In this document: piece after piece, positions 11,369 through 22,682 of the stretch
How the letters are laid out: each line of letters starts with the position of its first letter
Position numbering within the stretch: the stretch's first letter is position 1
Origin: Protoeuglena noctilucae
Taxonomy: Eukaryota
Direction of reading: 5' to 3'
Length of the DNA: 64,000 nucleotides
Assembly: GCA_958009085.1 (NCBI GenBank)
Contig: OY253671.1
Span: forward strand, 992,001-1,056,000
Made by a program: the position numbers and the translations under genes
The notes under the pieces: generated by a model
Database searches by the model: none
Seen by the model: only the letters and a program-made list of their open reading frames with translations
Told to the model about the DNA's origin: nothing

Positions 11369-14236
11369 TCACGACCCCCCCTTGCCCCACCGCTCCTTCC
11401 GATCGCCCTCCAGAGCCTTGGCCGCGCGTTCTTTGACGCTGATCTTATCTTCCTGCAGTAGTGCAAGGGCTTTTCTTTTGAATTTCCGGGACCACCTCCA
11501 ACCCCGGGGTCCGGCCCCACCGCACCACGACCCACCTTGGCTTCCCCCCGGGACTTCCGCCCGAATCCGAAAAGCCCCACTCCGCCCTCCTCCTCCCCCG
11601 ACTCGAGGCGCTTCTGCTTCCGGAACGCGGCCGCTCCCGGAGGCAGACCCAGCGTGGTCCCCAGCATCGCCTGCGTGAGACATGGCAAGGGTCCAGCATG
11701 CCCTCGCCGGCCACTTGGAAAAGCCCGCAGCGCGGCGCAGCGTCCGCCCGCACCTCCGGAACCTCCTCGATCTCCTCCCAGAACCCATCGTCCCAGAAGT
11801 CAGCAGGCAGGGGCGTCGACGACCGGACGGGGGTGGCTGGGGCCACGGCAGGGGTCACGGGCGGCGCCGAGGACGCCCCGACCCGCGCGCTCTCCGCGGC
11901 AGGGGCCGCGGCGGGGGCGGGGGACACTCGGCCGGGCGCCGGACGGTCGGCGGGCCGGGCCTCGCGCGGCACGGGGGGTGCCGCCCCCTTGCGCAGCACG
12001 ACGTCCCTCAGCTCTGCAGGCGCGGCGCCCCGCGCAGCAGCGCCCGGCGCAACAGGAGCGGCGGGGACGGCTGCGGGCCCCGGGGACCTGGGCGGCGGGG
12101 GCGGGGAGGGCTGACGGGGTGGGGCCTCTGGGGCTGCCGCAGACACGGCGGTGGGTGGCGGTGCTTGCGAGGGTGCCCTGGCGCGCAGGGCCTGCGGGGG
12201 CGCGGTGGGCCCCGCCGGCGCGGAGGCGGCGCCCGGGCCGGCGCTGAGGTACGGCCTGGGGCTCCGAGCAGCGGGGCTGACGTGGCTCACGGACGGCGGG
12301 GGAGGGGCCGGGTTGGCGGGGCTCAACGGGGGCTGTGCGGGGGGCGCTGGGAGGCGGATGGAGACCCACGGACTGGGCTTGTCCTGCAGGCACGCGGGAC
12401 GTGCGTGGTGGCAGAGGATTTCTAACAACAGAGAGGGTCACGTTGGGTCGACTGAAGGACCCGCCTCACCTCAGCAGCATTGGCCCCGGCGCCGTCCCCC
12501 TTGCGCGCCAGCCCGCCGCCCGCCAGCGCACTGAGAGCCCCCCACATGGCCTTGTCCGTCTTGCCGCGCCCCGCAGCCTTGTCCTCTGCCGCGCGCGCCG
12601 CCTCGGCCGCGGCCGCACGCGCGGGGTCGTAGATGAGCACGACCGACGCCTCGACGACCACCTCCCCCGGCACCCCGCGCATCTCCTCCTCGGCCCACCC
12701 CCGGGGCGTCGCGCACACGGCCACGTCCACCTCGGCGGGTAGCACCGCCCGCACGGCGTTGGCGCCCGCCTGCACCGCCACCTTGGCCAGCATCTGGGCG
12801 TCCTCGGCGCCGCCGCGGAGGTGCACGCGGAGCTCCCCGTTCTCGAACGCGCGCATCTCGTTCGACGGCAGCGTCAGGCACACCAGCGCGGCCGTCGCTC
12901 CCTGCGAGACATGGCAAGTGGGTGCAACCGAGGATCGCCACGGTGCCCGCAGCTGGGGCGGGGTGCCGGAATAGCACCGTGTCACCGCAATCGCCGCTCA
13001 CCGCGAGCTTCTTCGCCAGGAACGGGGACCTGGACGCCGCGACAACCGCGTCCCCCGCCAGCTGGGCCATCAGGTCGAAAGTGAGCTCGGAGGGGCCCAG
13101 GGGGCACGAGGAGGAGCCCTTGCCGATGGCGCCGACGCCCTCGCGGCGGAGCGTCTGCCGCAGGGGCATGGGCAGCTCCAGGCGGGCGGGGTCCTGGTGC
13201 CGGCACCACATGAGCGCGCCCCGGGTGACCTGGGGTGGCGGCGGCGCACGGGCGCGGTGTGCGCCGCACGGGGGAGAGGGCGGCGACGCGCGCGGGGCCC
13301 TCGTCGGAGCGGCCATCACCTTGAGGACCTCCGGGGTGCCGGCGGCCTGCATCACGCAGAGGACGGCCTGCTCGAGGGCCGTGCTGCAGATGGCGCTGGC
13401 GCCCTCGACGGTGAGCGCCTGCGACCCCGGCATGCCCATCAGGACGTCCTGGTCGACGACGGCCACCACGTCCGCCACCCCGGCCTTGCGGAGGGACGCG
13501 ACGAAGTCCTCGGCGGCCTTGGCGCGGCGCGCGCCCTCGAAGGAGAGGGGCCGAGAGAGCGCCGCGACGACCACGCGGCCGTTGGCGGCGGACGCCGACG
13601 CGAGCTGCATGGCCGCCCGCGCCACGCCCGGTGCGCTCGCGGCGCTGCCCACCAAGAACAGGACTCCCAGGAAGGCACCCGAGCGGGAGGGCAGCATCGC
13701 GCGGATCTGGCTGCGGAGGGCGACGGGGCGGCGGGCGTCGCGACGAGCAACGCTGGACTCGCGTGGGATGGGCGTGGCACGCTGCACTCCCGCACCGGGA
13801 CTCGAAGGCCGTGATCTCGTCTGGCTTGGCTGACAGCGCGTCGATCTGAGTCGGCAACAGGCCCATGCTCTCGTCGCCCGGCTGCACCTGCACGACGTTG
13901 GGCGTCCGCGCCCGCGCCAAAACCTGGGAGGAAGGCGCAGGGTAAGTAGGGTAGGTCTCCAGTTCAGGGCCGCGCGCCCGCCCTGCGGCGACCGGAAGCA
14001 CGTCCTCACCTGCGCGTCCGTGTCAATGCACCAAAAGTCGGCTCCCGCGAGCACCCCGGACGCGACGAGCTGGTTGACGGTCTCGACACCCTGCTTGCCC
14101 AGGCCCACGATGCGGACCTCCCCGGGCCGCACACGCCCGCGCGGGGCGACGTCGGGGGTCGCCGGGACGCCCTGAGCCCGAATCTCGCGGCTGTCTCCGT
14201 CGAAAGCCTGAAACGCGGCCGAGGTTCAGGGGACAT
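11369..14236 (-). CDS. ARC3: ARC3-like plastid division protein (degenerate FtsZ-like domain, no MORN repeats)
   Basis: Transit-peptide-like start. FtsZ-like segments EVRIVGLGKQGVETVNQL, FWCIDTDAQ, PLSFEGARRAKAA and VVAVVDQDVL. The tubulin signature is replaced by GSAASAPG. Pro-rich linker, C-terminus ERAAKALEGDRKERWGKGGS*. Confidence 0.75.
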
Positions 14237-15094
14237 GGTTGGTTGCGGGCGGCACGGTTGGGGGCGTCCCCGCCGCGGGAGGGCGCCGGGTCACCTGCTC
14301 GATGCTAGCCGCAGCGACGCGAGTCGCGCTCTTGCGTCCGGCGCACGGAGAGGGGCCGGGGGAGTGCAGGGGCGACGCCGGGGCGCCTGCACACGTCGAG
14401 GCGACATCGAGGTGACGGGGCCCTCCGGAGCGTGGTGGCCGGAGGGGAGCGCGGGATCAGCGTAGGCTTAATGTGCATTTTCACGCGATGCCATCCGTCG
14501 GCGGCGTTCGATAAATCTCGGCCCACCGCGCGCGGCGTTGCATCCGGCAGGTAGTGCCGCGCAAATGCGCCAAAACCGCGGCGCGCGCTCCATCACCTCC
14601 GAATGCTCTGCGCGGCACTCCCAGTTGTCCTCGCTTGGCCGGACTGGAGGGCGAAGCCGCGTTTGCCGCCGCGAGGAGTGCAGGAGGCGACATCGCGCTC
14701 ATCGCCCGTGTCACCGCAAGGGCCCGACAGGCCGCCGCGCAGTTCGCCGTTGGCACGACCCTTTCCCTGTATCGATGCGCGGGCGCGGGCCTCGCGTCTT
14801 CCAGAGAGATCCACAGATTTCGGCGCCTGCTGCAGTTCTCGACCCGATGTGATTGCGGCAGCGAATGAGAGCGAAGTGGCGTCCGAGTAGCGATGCGGGG
14901 AAGGCAGCAGGGCGCCAATGAGCTTGCGCTCGGCGAATGCTAGCTCAGCACTGACGCCATCTGACGTGGCATGAAACATCGGATCGGGTGCGTGAGTTTA
15001 AACGTGGCGGAGATGTTGGGAGTACCAGTCCTGCCCTGGAGCACCTGGGGGGATCGCGGGGGCCAGTTGTCCTGCCTCGAGCGCTGGGGGTGCC

Positions 15095-16902
15095 ATGGAA
15101 TGCCGGGCCCCCCTGCTGAGCCTGCCCCCGGGGCCGTTTAGCTTGAAAGATCTGCTTCAGCTGGGGCTTGTGCACCGGACTGGCTTTCGTGCTAAGAGGG
15201 ACCTCCCAGACGGGACCAAGAAGGGGGACAAAACGTTCGAAGTTTTGTTGCCCGTGTTTCGGCTGCAAGACTTCCGAAAGGGGCTGGAGAAGGAGTGCTG
15301 TGGCGAAGTGAGGGTCTGGAAACTGGCGGGAAGGAATGAGCAGTGGCACTGCCGGAGAGCAAGGAAGCCCCCGCCGGAGTGTGTCGATGCTGCGAAGGTG
15401 ACTGCAGCACCAGCATGCACACCTGGCTTCCACGTTTTCCTGCGATCACCGCACGTGGCTTGCATAACCTCCAAACCCTCGCAGGCGCCCGATCAAGGAT
15501 CCGGCGCGCCTCCCGTCACGGAACCTGGGCCCAGTCACCTGCACCGCGAGATCACCAGGAGGGCAACGGGGACGACAGCTGCGCAAGGATGCACCTTCTC
15601 GGTGAGCTCACGCTGTATCCTGCTGCGTCCTCTCCACCATGGTGTGGCTGCAGCCCCCTCGATGCACCCGCTGTTGTACAGAGTGTGACCTCCGTCTGTC
15701 TCTCCCAGGTGATCCTGTCGTACACTTCCATCGAGCCAGGCATGGTGTACTGCCGATTCCCCGGCGGTATCCTGCACACTGGGCACGAGGCGGGCCCCGC
15801 CTCGTACATCCCCAAGCACGTGCGCGATCACATGAAGGAGCTGATCAAAGTCGAGACGACCTCGAGCAGCGTCCTGTGCAAGGTCGCCGAGTACGTGGGG
15901 GACCGCCTGGGCCCATCGCCGGGGATGTGCGAGCCCAGCCGGGCGGCGGCAGTGGTGGAGCACGTGAAGGTGCACGGGCCTCCCTTGGCCCTGGCGGCCG
16001 TGACGATGGATGAGAGGGCCGTCCAGAGCGTCCGGGCTTCCGTGCGTGCGGAGGGGGACGGTGGCCCACGCAACGACGCAGAGGCGGTCGAGGCTTCGGT
16101 GGGGGGCGAGAGCGTGCGCGCGCTTGCGCGTGAGCTTGGCATCGCTACGGGGCTGAGGAGGTCCGAGTCAGCGTACCGGAAGTTCCTGAGGGCGCGGCAT
16201 TACTTCAAGGACCACCCTGGGGCGTACAGCCTGGTGGGGGACGCAACGGGCAGCAACATGTTCCTGGTGAAGAGCGAGTGCGAGGAGAACACGCCGACGT
16301 GGCGCGTCGTCGTGGAGGACGCAAGCGCGACGTGCGACTGCCCGCAACCCCCGAATTGTGGCCTCTGCCGCCACATCTACTACGTGTGCGCCATGGCGCT
16401 CAGGGCTGCGCTGGCGGAGGTGGTGGCTGGGGTGAGGGTTCAGCCCAAGGCGCCGCTTGGCAGTGGCGGTGGCGTTGGCAGTGGCGGTGGGGGTGGCAGC
16501 GACGCTGGGTGCGGCGCCTCAAATGCGGCACCGGTGCGGGGCGGTGCATCGGTCTCGACATCCAGCGTGGAGCCCCAGTCTGCAGCGCCTGCCACTACTG
16601 CCGCCAAGCGTGTCCCAAGCGGCCACGAGCTCGTCGCAAAAATCAGGGCCCTTGTGGATCAGCTCGTTGCGGCAGGTGCCGCCGACCGACTGCAAGCCAT
16701 GCTTGACGTGGGTTTGCAGCCGACTTCGGACGTCCTCCCAGCGAAGAGGCCCAACAGGCACGACAGGTGACGCTAGGTCTGCAGGGTGCGAGGACTTAAG
16801 AAGCAGGCGGCATGCCTAACTGTACCTCTTCTGTGTCTGTCTAGTAGGGAAGGTGGGGCCACAGAGGTCACCACCCCGGCCAAGAAGCACAAGACGCAGT
16901 AG
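15095..16902 (+). CDS. SWIM zinc-finger protein, probably derived from a Mutator-like (MULE) transposase
   Basis: SWIM motif CDCPQPPNCGLCRH preceded by FLVKS...WRVVV. N-terminal WHCRR...GCTFSV...HTGH resembles a WRKY/GCM1-FAR1 zinc-binding pattern. Probable last exon ends PAKKHKTQ* (NLS-like). Start and 3' end uncertain. Confidence 0.6.
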
Positions 16903-17541
16903 TGAGGGTGGGTGGGTGTGTGGGCAGCAGGGAGGGTCGATTGTGGGGGGGCAGTTTTGCATTGGAGTGGCCAAGTCGTCATTGCGCGTGTGGATAAGTC
17001 GGGGTGCGCGCCCATGGCCCTTGAAGTGTGCGCCGCCTCAACGCCGCCTCAGCGCCGCCCGGGCCACGCAGCGGCAGCCTGATCAACGTGGGTCCCATGG
17101 GTTCCAGCACAGGCTCCCATAGGTATCCCCCGGGTCCTCCCCCGGGGCCACTGGCAGACGTCAACAGCGCCTGACCTCGCACGCATGGAGACCACAAGTG
17201 CATCTCAGCTCTCATGGAACACGCCGACGACAACCACGTGCATTGTCGGAGAGGGTCTCACCGGCTTTGCTGAAACAAGACTTTGCCACGAGTGGGAGGC
17301 ATCGCGCGCCCCAAAGGTGAGCTAGCGCGGTCCTTAGTATGGCAGCGAGTGAGGGAAGCAAGGGCCGGGATTTCTCGGCGAGCAGAGGCGACACGGGCCC
17401 CGTCGGTTGGCGGCAAAGGTCTTGGCCCGCATTCCGCTCGCGCGACGTCGTGCGCCGGACGGCGTTGTGGCGTATGGATGCAGTCGACGCATGCTTCTCC
17501 AAACCTGTTTGGATTCCGAGCCATGCCTCGTCCCTGCGCAG

Positions 17542-17929
17542 GGCGCCCTCGATATGGCCGAGCAGCAGAAGAGCTCGCTCCCGCCGCACATCCTGGCCGC
17601 CATTCACGGGCAAGTATCGCTGGAGGAGAAGCGGGCGGCCTACAGCGCCTCGCTGGTGAACTGGTGGCAGGTGAGAGGTGGATTTGCTTCGCTGAAGGCA
17701 CCACAGCTTGCAACTGCGTGCAGCAGTTTGGCATTCCCTCGTCGTCGCCTCCCACCCGCAGGAATACTCGGATCGGAAGAACGACGAAGACGAGCACGTG
17801 GCGGACAGCCTGCTCTACGACCGCCGGCACCTGCCCCGGTCGGCCCCGGCGCCCCAGGAGTGGCACGACGCAGGCCGCCCCACCGTGGCTCGAGGCGCCG
17901 CCGAGAAGGGCAAGTCGACGTCGGGGTAG
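17542..17929 (+). CDS. 3' exons of a hypothetical protein, start unresolved
   Basis: cag acceptor, then GALDMAEQQKSSLPPHILAAIHGQVSLEEKRAAYSASLVNWWQ, GT-AG intron 17671-17761, then EYSDRKNDEDEHVADSLLYD...STSG*. Confidence 0.4.
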
Positions 17930-18036
17930 GGACAGCGCAGGTCTGTCGAAGCAAGCTGTTCAGCCAGCTGATTAATTGATTACCACTTGAACGCGCGCAA
18001 CGCAAGCGTCTGTGACAGCAAACGCCCCGCCTGATG

Positions 18037-20943
18037 CTATGCGAGCTGGAGGACGCGGAGCAGGCCGGTGCTGTTGATCGCTGCCAGGTACCCTGCCTCC
18101 TGGTCCCACTCCTGGCTGCCAGGCCACCAGGCGACCGCAGACACGAACGGCTCCGATGCGCCTGCGACGGGCACGGCAGTCGGTGCGCGTAAGCCCCATG
18201 CCCTGCTTCGCGTCGTGCCATGCGCCGCCACGTCTGCCGCGCAAGTCACCTCGGGCGCGGGGCCGCTCGTCGTCGACGTCGCTGCCGGCATCGGCGGCCG
18301 TGGGCCGCTTGAAGCCGTGCCGCAGCATGGGCTTGGAGACGCCGTGGGAGTAGACGACGACCTCGTCCGCCTCGGAACCCGTCGCGATGTGCGAGGCGGA
18401 CACGGAGAGCCCCACAAAGTTGCGCGTGTTCTTGTGGCCCTGGTACGTCCTCACGCACTGCAAGCGCAGCCACAGGGAGCCCCTTGCGACGCCAGAGTTG
18501 GAGAGAACAACAGCGATTTCATCCCATGTGCCGCATCTAGCATCGCCCTGCCCCTCGGCCCCACCTCCGACGACCGCAGGCTCCACAGCTTCAGCGTGGA
18601 GTCGGTTGAGGCGCTGAGGACGTGATCGGGGTCCGGAAACCTGACGTAGGAAATGGCTTTGCTGTGCCCGGAGAGCGTGTGCGTGAGCTCCGGCACCGAC
18701 AGGTTCCGGAGATCGGCGATCCTGCGGGGGGCGCGCATGATCGGAGAGCGACATCATATCACACAACGTGTCAGGCCACCACAGCCACCATGGCATCGCA
18801 TGCAGACGGCTCGCTCGCCTCAGAGAGTGACTGGCCGAACCCATGGCGACGCGGAAGGCCGGACCGGGGGAGCAGGCCACTGACAGCACGTTGGCCCCCA
18901 CTGACGCCTGTCCCTGGGGAGCCATGGGTGCTCGCAGGTCCCACACCCTGCGCATAAGTCAACAGCGTCCCATCTCTACTCACGCGCGCTGTGATGTTTG
19001 CCTGCACCAGCTCCCCATGCAGGAGCAGTTCCCCTCCGCCACACGCGGCCCCTGCTCGCCTGGCAGTGCCATCGTCCGACCCCGTGACGAGCACGTTGGC
19101 GTCGTGATGGGAGAAATCAACGGACCACACGCGTTTGTCGTGCCCGCCCAACCGCAGGGCTTGCCTCCCCGCCCCGAGATCCCACAGGGCCAGGCCCCCA
19201 GCATACTCTGCCGTCACCAGGCGCCCCTCGTCCGCACGTGCCCAGCAGAGCGACGACAGCTTCGTGCCCGCGTCCAGCACCGCCGCCACGTCCTCCCCAG
19301 GCGCACCGACACTCGCGCACAGGGCCCGGTGGTCAAACAGGACCACTTTCTGCAGACACAGGGCAAAGTGCAACACTGTCTGTCGCGGCAGCCACCTCAG
19401 CGTTTCCAGGACGGGCATTGGGCGCAGCACGGAGCTCGCCTGGAATACCCCGCAGACGCCAGACGCCAGCAGGCGCCCAGTGCAGTTGTAGTCCAAAGCG
19501 CTCACGACAGCTCCCCGGGGCGCGAACGCGCAGTGGTCGACCTCGGCAACCACGCGCAGCTCGGCGAAACGGGTGTGAGCGCAGAAGATCCTGCAGCGAC
19601 GGAGCGGAGGCATATGAGGGGCGTGAGTCACACGTGAGGCGGCGTGGGCATACGCGGAGTGAAAGCAAGGCTCGAAGAGAAGTGACATGTCAGAATGGTT
19701 TGAGGTCATTGCGCCAGGGTGGGGCCGCACCTGGAGAACGCGTCCCAACCCTGGACCCCGCGACTGGAGAGGCGCAGCTTGTCGTAGTGCTGCTCCAACT
19801 CCTCGAAACTCTCGGAGAGGACCGCCGATCGCGCGTCCCTCGTTTGGTCCCCATCGCTCACCGCAACCGCCGCTGCAATCAGGCCAAGCAGCGGTGAGCG
19901 AGGGAGCAACCCATGGGTCACGATGCCATTGAATAGGCCAATCAAGCGTCGAAATGCAGCTCGTTCGCGACTCACCCGCCGTGTCGAGAGCCCCGCCACG
20001 GTCCGCCAAGGCCCGCACTCCCAGCCTGCGAGCGGCACCCTTCGTTAGCTTGGCTGCCGGCTCGGGCGGCTGCTTGTGAGTGGCCAAGAGGGCTGCAGGC
20101 AGCGACGCGCACCTGCGCTGCGCGTTCGCGAGCTCCTGCGCCCGGCTGTGCTCCCGGTCCTTCAGGATGCGGACCTCTTTTAAACGCTCCATCACGTTGG
20201 CGAGGTCCCGGCCAATCACGCCCAGAGCCCCATCGATGCCGCGGAGAGAGCCCTCCTCCGACTCCAAACGAGCCTCGAGGAACCTGCGGAGAGGCCACAT
20301 CTCCGGCTCGCGCAGGCCCTGGCTGGGATTCAGGAGATTTCACCCGCACGTGCTTCGCGCCGGCTCACTTGAGGAGCAGGTGCAGGGCGGCGGACTTGTC
20401 GTCGACCTCAATCCTCCGCTTCCGCTCTTCCAACACGCGGATGGCCTCCGTGAGGTCCTCGGCCGACAGCTCGCCCACCTCGCTGCCGTAAAGCAGCTCC
20501 CGCAGCTGCTCGGCCGCCGTGGGCCGCCGCTCCTGGCGCCGCGCCGCCTCATGGACCTCGTCCGATATACGCGCGAGGGAATAGTTAGGGAATATCCGGT
20601 CTTGCGTCAGAAAGGCAGCGCAGGACGGGCACGTCTGCCGGGTCTCCAAATGCTGCGGCAGGCGAGGCCCAGGAGCGCCTCCGATGGCGCTTCGCATCCG
20701 GTATTCCGCGCGGTAACGTGGTTTGCCGAATCTGAGGGGTAGCCGGCGAGCCTAAGCCCGCCGCAATCGCGGCCGGCGCGCCGACGGATGGGCGCACGAT
20801 TGGCCCGCGGGGCGCCTCACCTTGGCGATGCATTCGTGGCAGAAACTGTGACCACAGGGTGTCACGAAAGGGTCCTGGAGCGGACTAATGCATATCGGGC
20901 AGTCCAGGGCGTTCTCCCTCGAACTCGCGGGTCCCGTCAACAT
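18037..20943 (-). CDS. COP1: COP1-like RING / coiled-coil / WD40 E3 ubiquitin ligase
   Basis: RING CPICISPLQDPFVTPCGHSFCHECI...CPSC. WD40 repeats GHDKRVWSVDFS, GHSKAISYVRF, SASTDSTLKLW, GHKNTRNFVGLS. C-terminus AINSTGLLRVLQLA*. Confidence 0.9.
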
Positions 20944-21138
20944 CCGCTCGTCCCCGTTGTCCTGGGAGCCCGCCCATCCCGCCAAATGCAAGCGCAATCA
21001 CCAAGCGCACCGAACAAGCAATTTTCCTGGCGCTATGACGCAAGGCTCGCTTCATCTGTGGCGCGCTACATGCCAAACTGCAGCACAACAGCCGTTAACC
21101 CAACGCCAGGAAATCGAGAGGATGAAATCCAGACCTTC

Positions 21139-22552
21139 TCAGCACTCCCCGCACGGCTTCATGTCCCACATCTCCTCCGCAACCCGCCACGTCCCGTCGA
21201 CCTTCTTGAGGAAGTAGCTCTCCACCGTGCTGGCCACGCCCTTGCGCGGGAGGCCGAAGGTGTCGGCGCCCGAGCGGAAGGCGTAGGTGAGCCTCCCGCA
21301 CACGGTCGCGTACGCCTCGTCGCCCGCCGCGTTCACCGACACGGGGCCCACGCTGAGGACCTCCTGCTTGTACGGCGGCTCGTACGCATCCCGCTCGAAT
21401 TCCAGCAGCTCCTGGCGGGTCATGCGGCGCCCATTGATCGACACGGGGGACTCGGGGCTGCATGCGAACCGGTGGTGCTGGCTGGCGCAGGGCGCTCTCG
21501 CTAGCAAGGCGGCAGCCACCCACAACGATGTCGCCAGCCACACTCGCTTACCAGCAGCATTTGTAGACGTAGTCTTCGACCGTCCACTTGAGCGGCTCCT
21601 CCTCGCTGGTCCACTCGTAGTTGCCCACCTCCCTGGGCGCAGGTAGGGCATGGGCTTTAGAAACGGATCAACCAACTGCCGCCCGGCAGTAAACGTTCGC
21701 TCTACCCATAGGCATAAGCCCTCGCCTCAGCATCGCCTCCACCTCCTTCACCGCCTCGTCGTTGCGCGGCTCAGCGCTGCGATGGACACTGCAAGGGCAG
21801 GGGACGACGCGCGCCATGGGAGAGGGTGCCAGGGCAAATGGTGCCGCCTTCGCGTATCTGACGGCCCGAGCTCTGCTCGCGTCACCTGGAGAAGAGCCAG
21901 TTGCCGTTCAGCCGCTCCAGGACGATGGTGTAGGTGGCCGTGACGGCGTGGCGCTCCCCGTGGTCGGCCGCGTCCGGCGGCATCGCCCCCCGCGCCTTCA
22001 GGACGAAGGTCGGCGCCTCGAGCTCCTGCTGCGCACGCGCCGTCACCACGGCCATGTCTGCGGAGTCGGCCATCGTGATGCGCTCCACGCACGACACAGC
22101 GCTGTGCATCCGGCCGAGGACGTCCACGCTCCAGAAACGCTCCATCTCGGGCACGCCCATGACTAAGGGACCCGTGATGAAGAGACAGTCGGGCGTGCAT
22201 GAGGCGTGGAGGGTCTTGGCGGCGGCAGAGGAGTCCTCGTCCCGTGAGAAGAACGCCTCGACCGTTTGCAGGACCTCCGTGGTGTCCCTCCGGCTCTGGG
22301 CCTCCTCCGGCTTTACGCGGAAGTGCCCTACCACCTGGCCAGCGAGGCGGAGGTATCGCGGAGCAATCGCGGGACCGGCAGCACCCGTGTGCAGCGTGCC
22401 ATGCCCGCCGAGCGGACCATCCGCGAACACCGGCGCCTCCACATGCGGCACACTTGTATAGGTATACAAAATATCTTTACCTGCGAGCGCTGGGGCTTGG
22501 ACGCCCTCCCGGTGAGCGGCATGGCCGCAAACTGTCGGGACGTCGCAAACAT
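21139..22552 (-). CDS. Protein with two NTF2/SnoaL-like (DUF4440-type) domains
   Basis: Both halves end in NTF2-like strands (YTIVLERLNGNWLFS; YFLKKVDGTWRVAEEMW) preceded by DMAVVTAR / DEAYATVC. Small GT-AG exons link them. In-frame ATGs at 22612, 22552 and 22522. Confidence 0.6.
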
Positions 22553-22682
22553 CTTGACGAAATCTCGTCGCGATCGGGAAGGCGCAAAGTTGGGTCCGCG
22601 GAAGGTGTACATCAGCTCAGCAAAAGACCCCAGCGATGGGCATTCAACAGCCAGCTTGGCTTCTTTTCTGGCAAGCCCGATT

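Noticed and set aside
11369..14236. Calling the gene a canonical FtsZ
   Set aside because: The GTP-binding tubulin signature and a recognisable T7 loop are absent; ARC3 fits better.
14481..14979. ORFs between ARC3 and the SWIM gene
   Set aside because: No motifs or clear exon structure; probably promoter or UTR sequence.
14300..18030. Terminal inverted repeats or TSD around the SWIM gene
   Set aside because: None found by eye, so it is not called an intact transposon.
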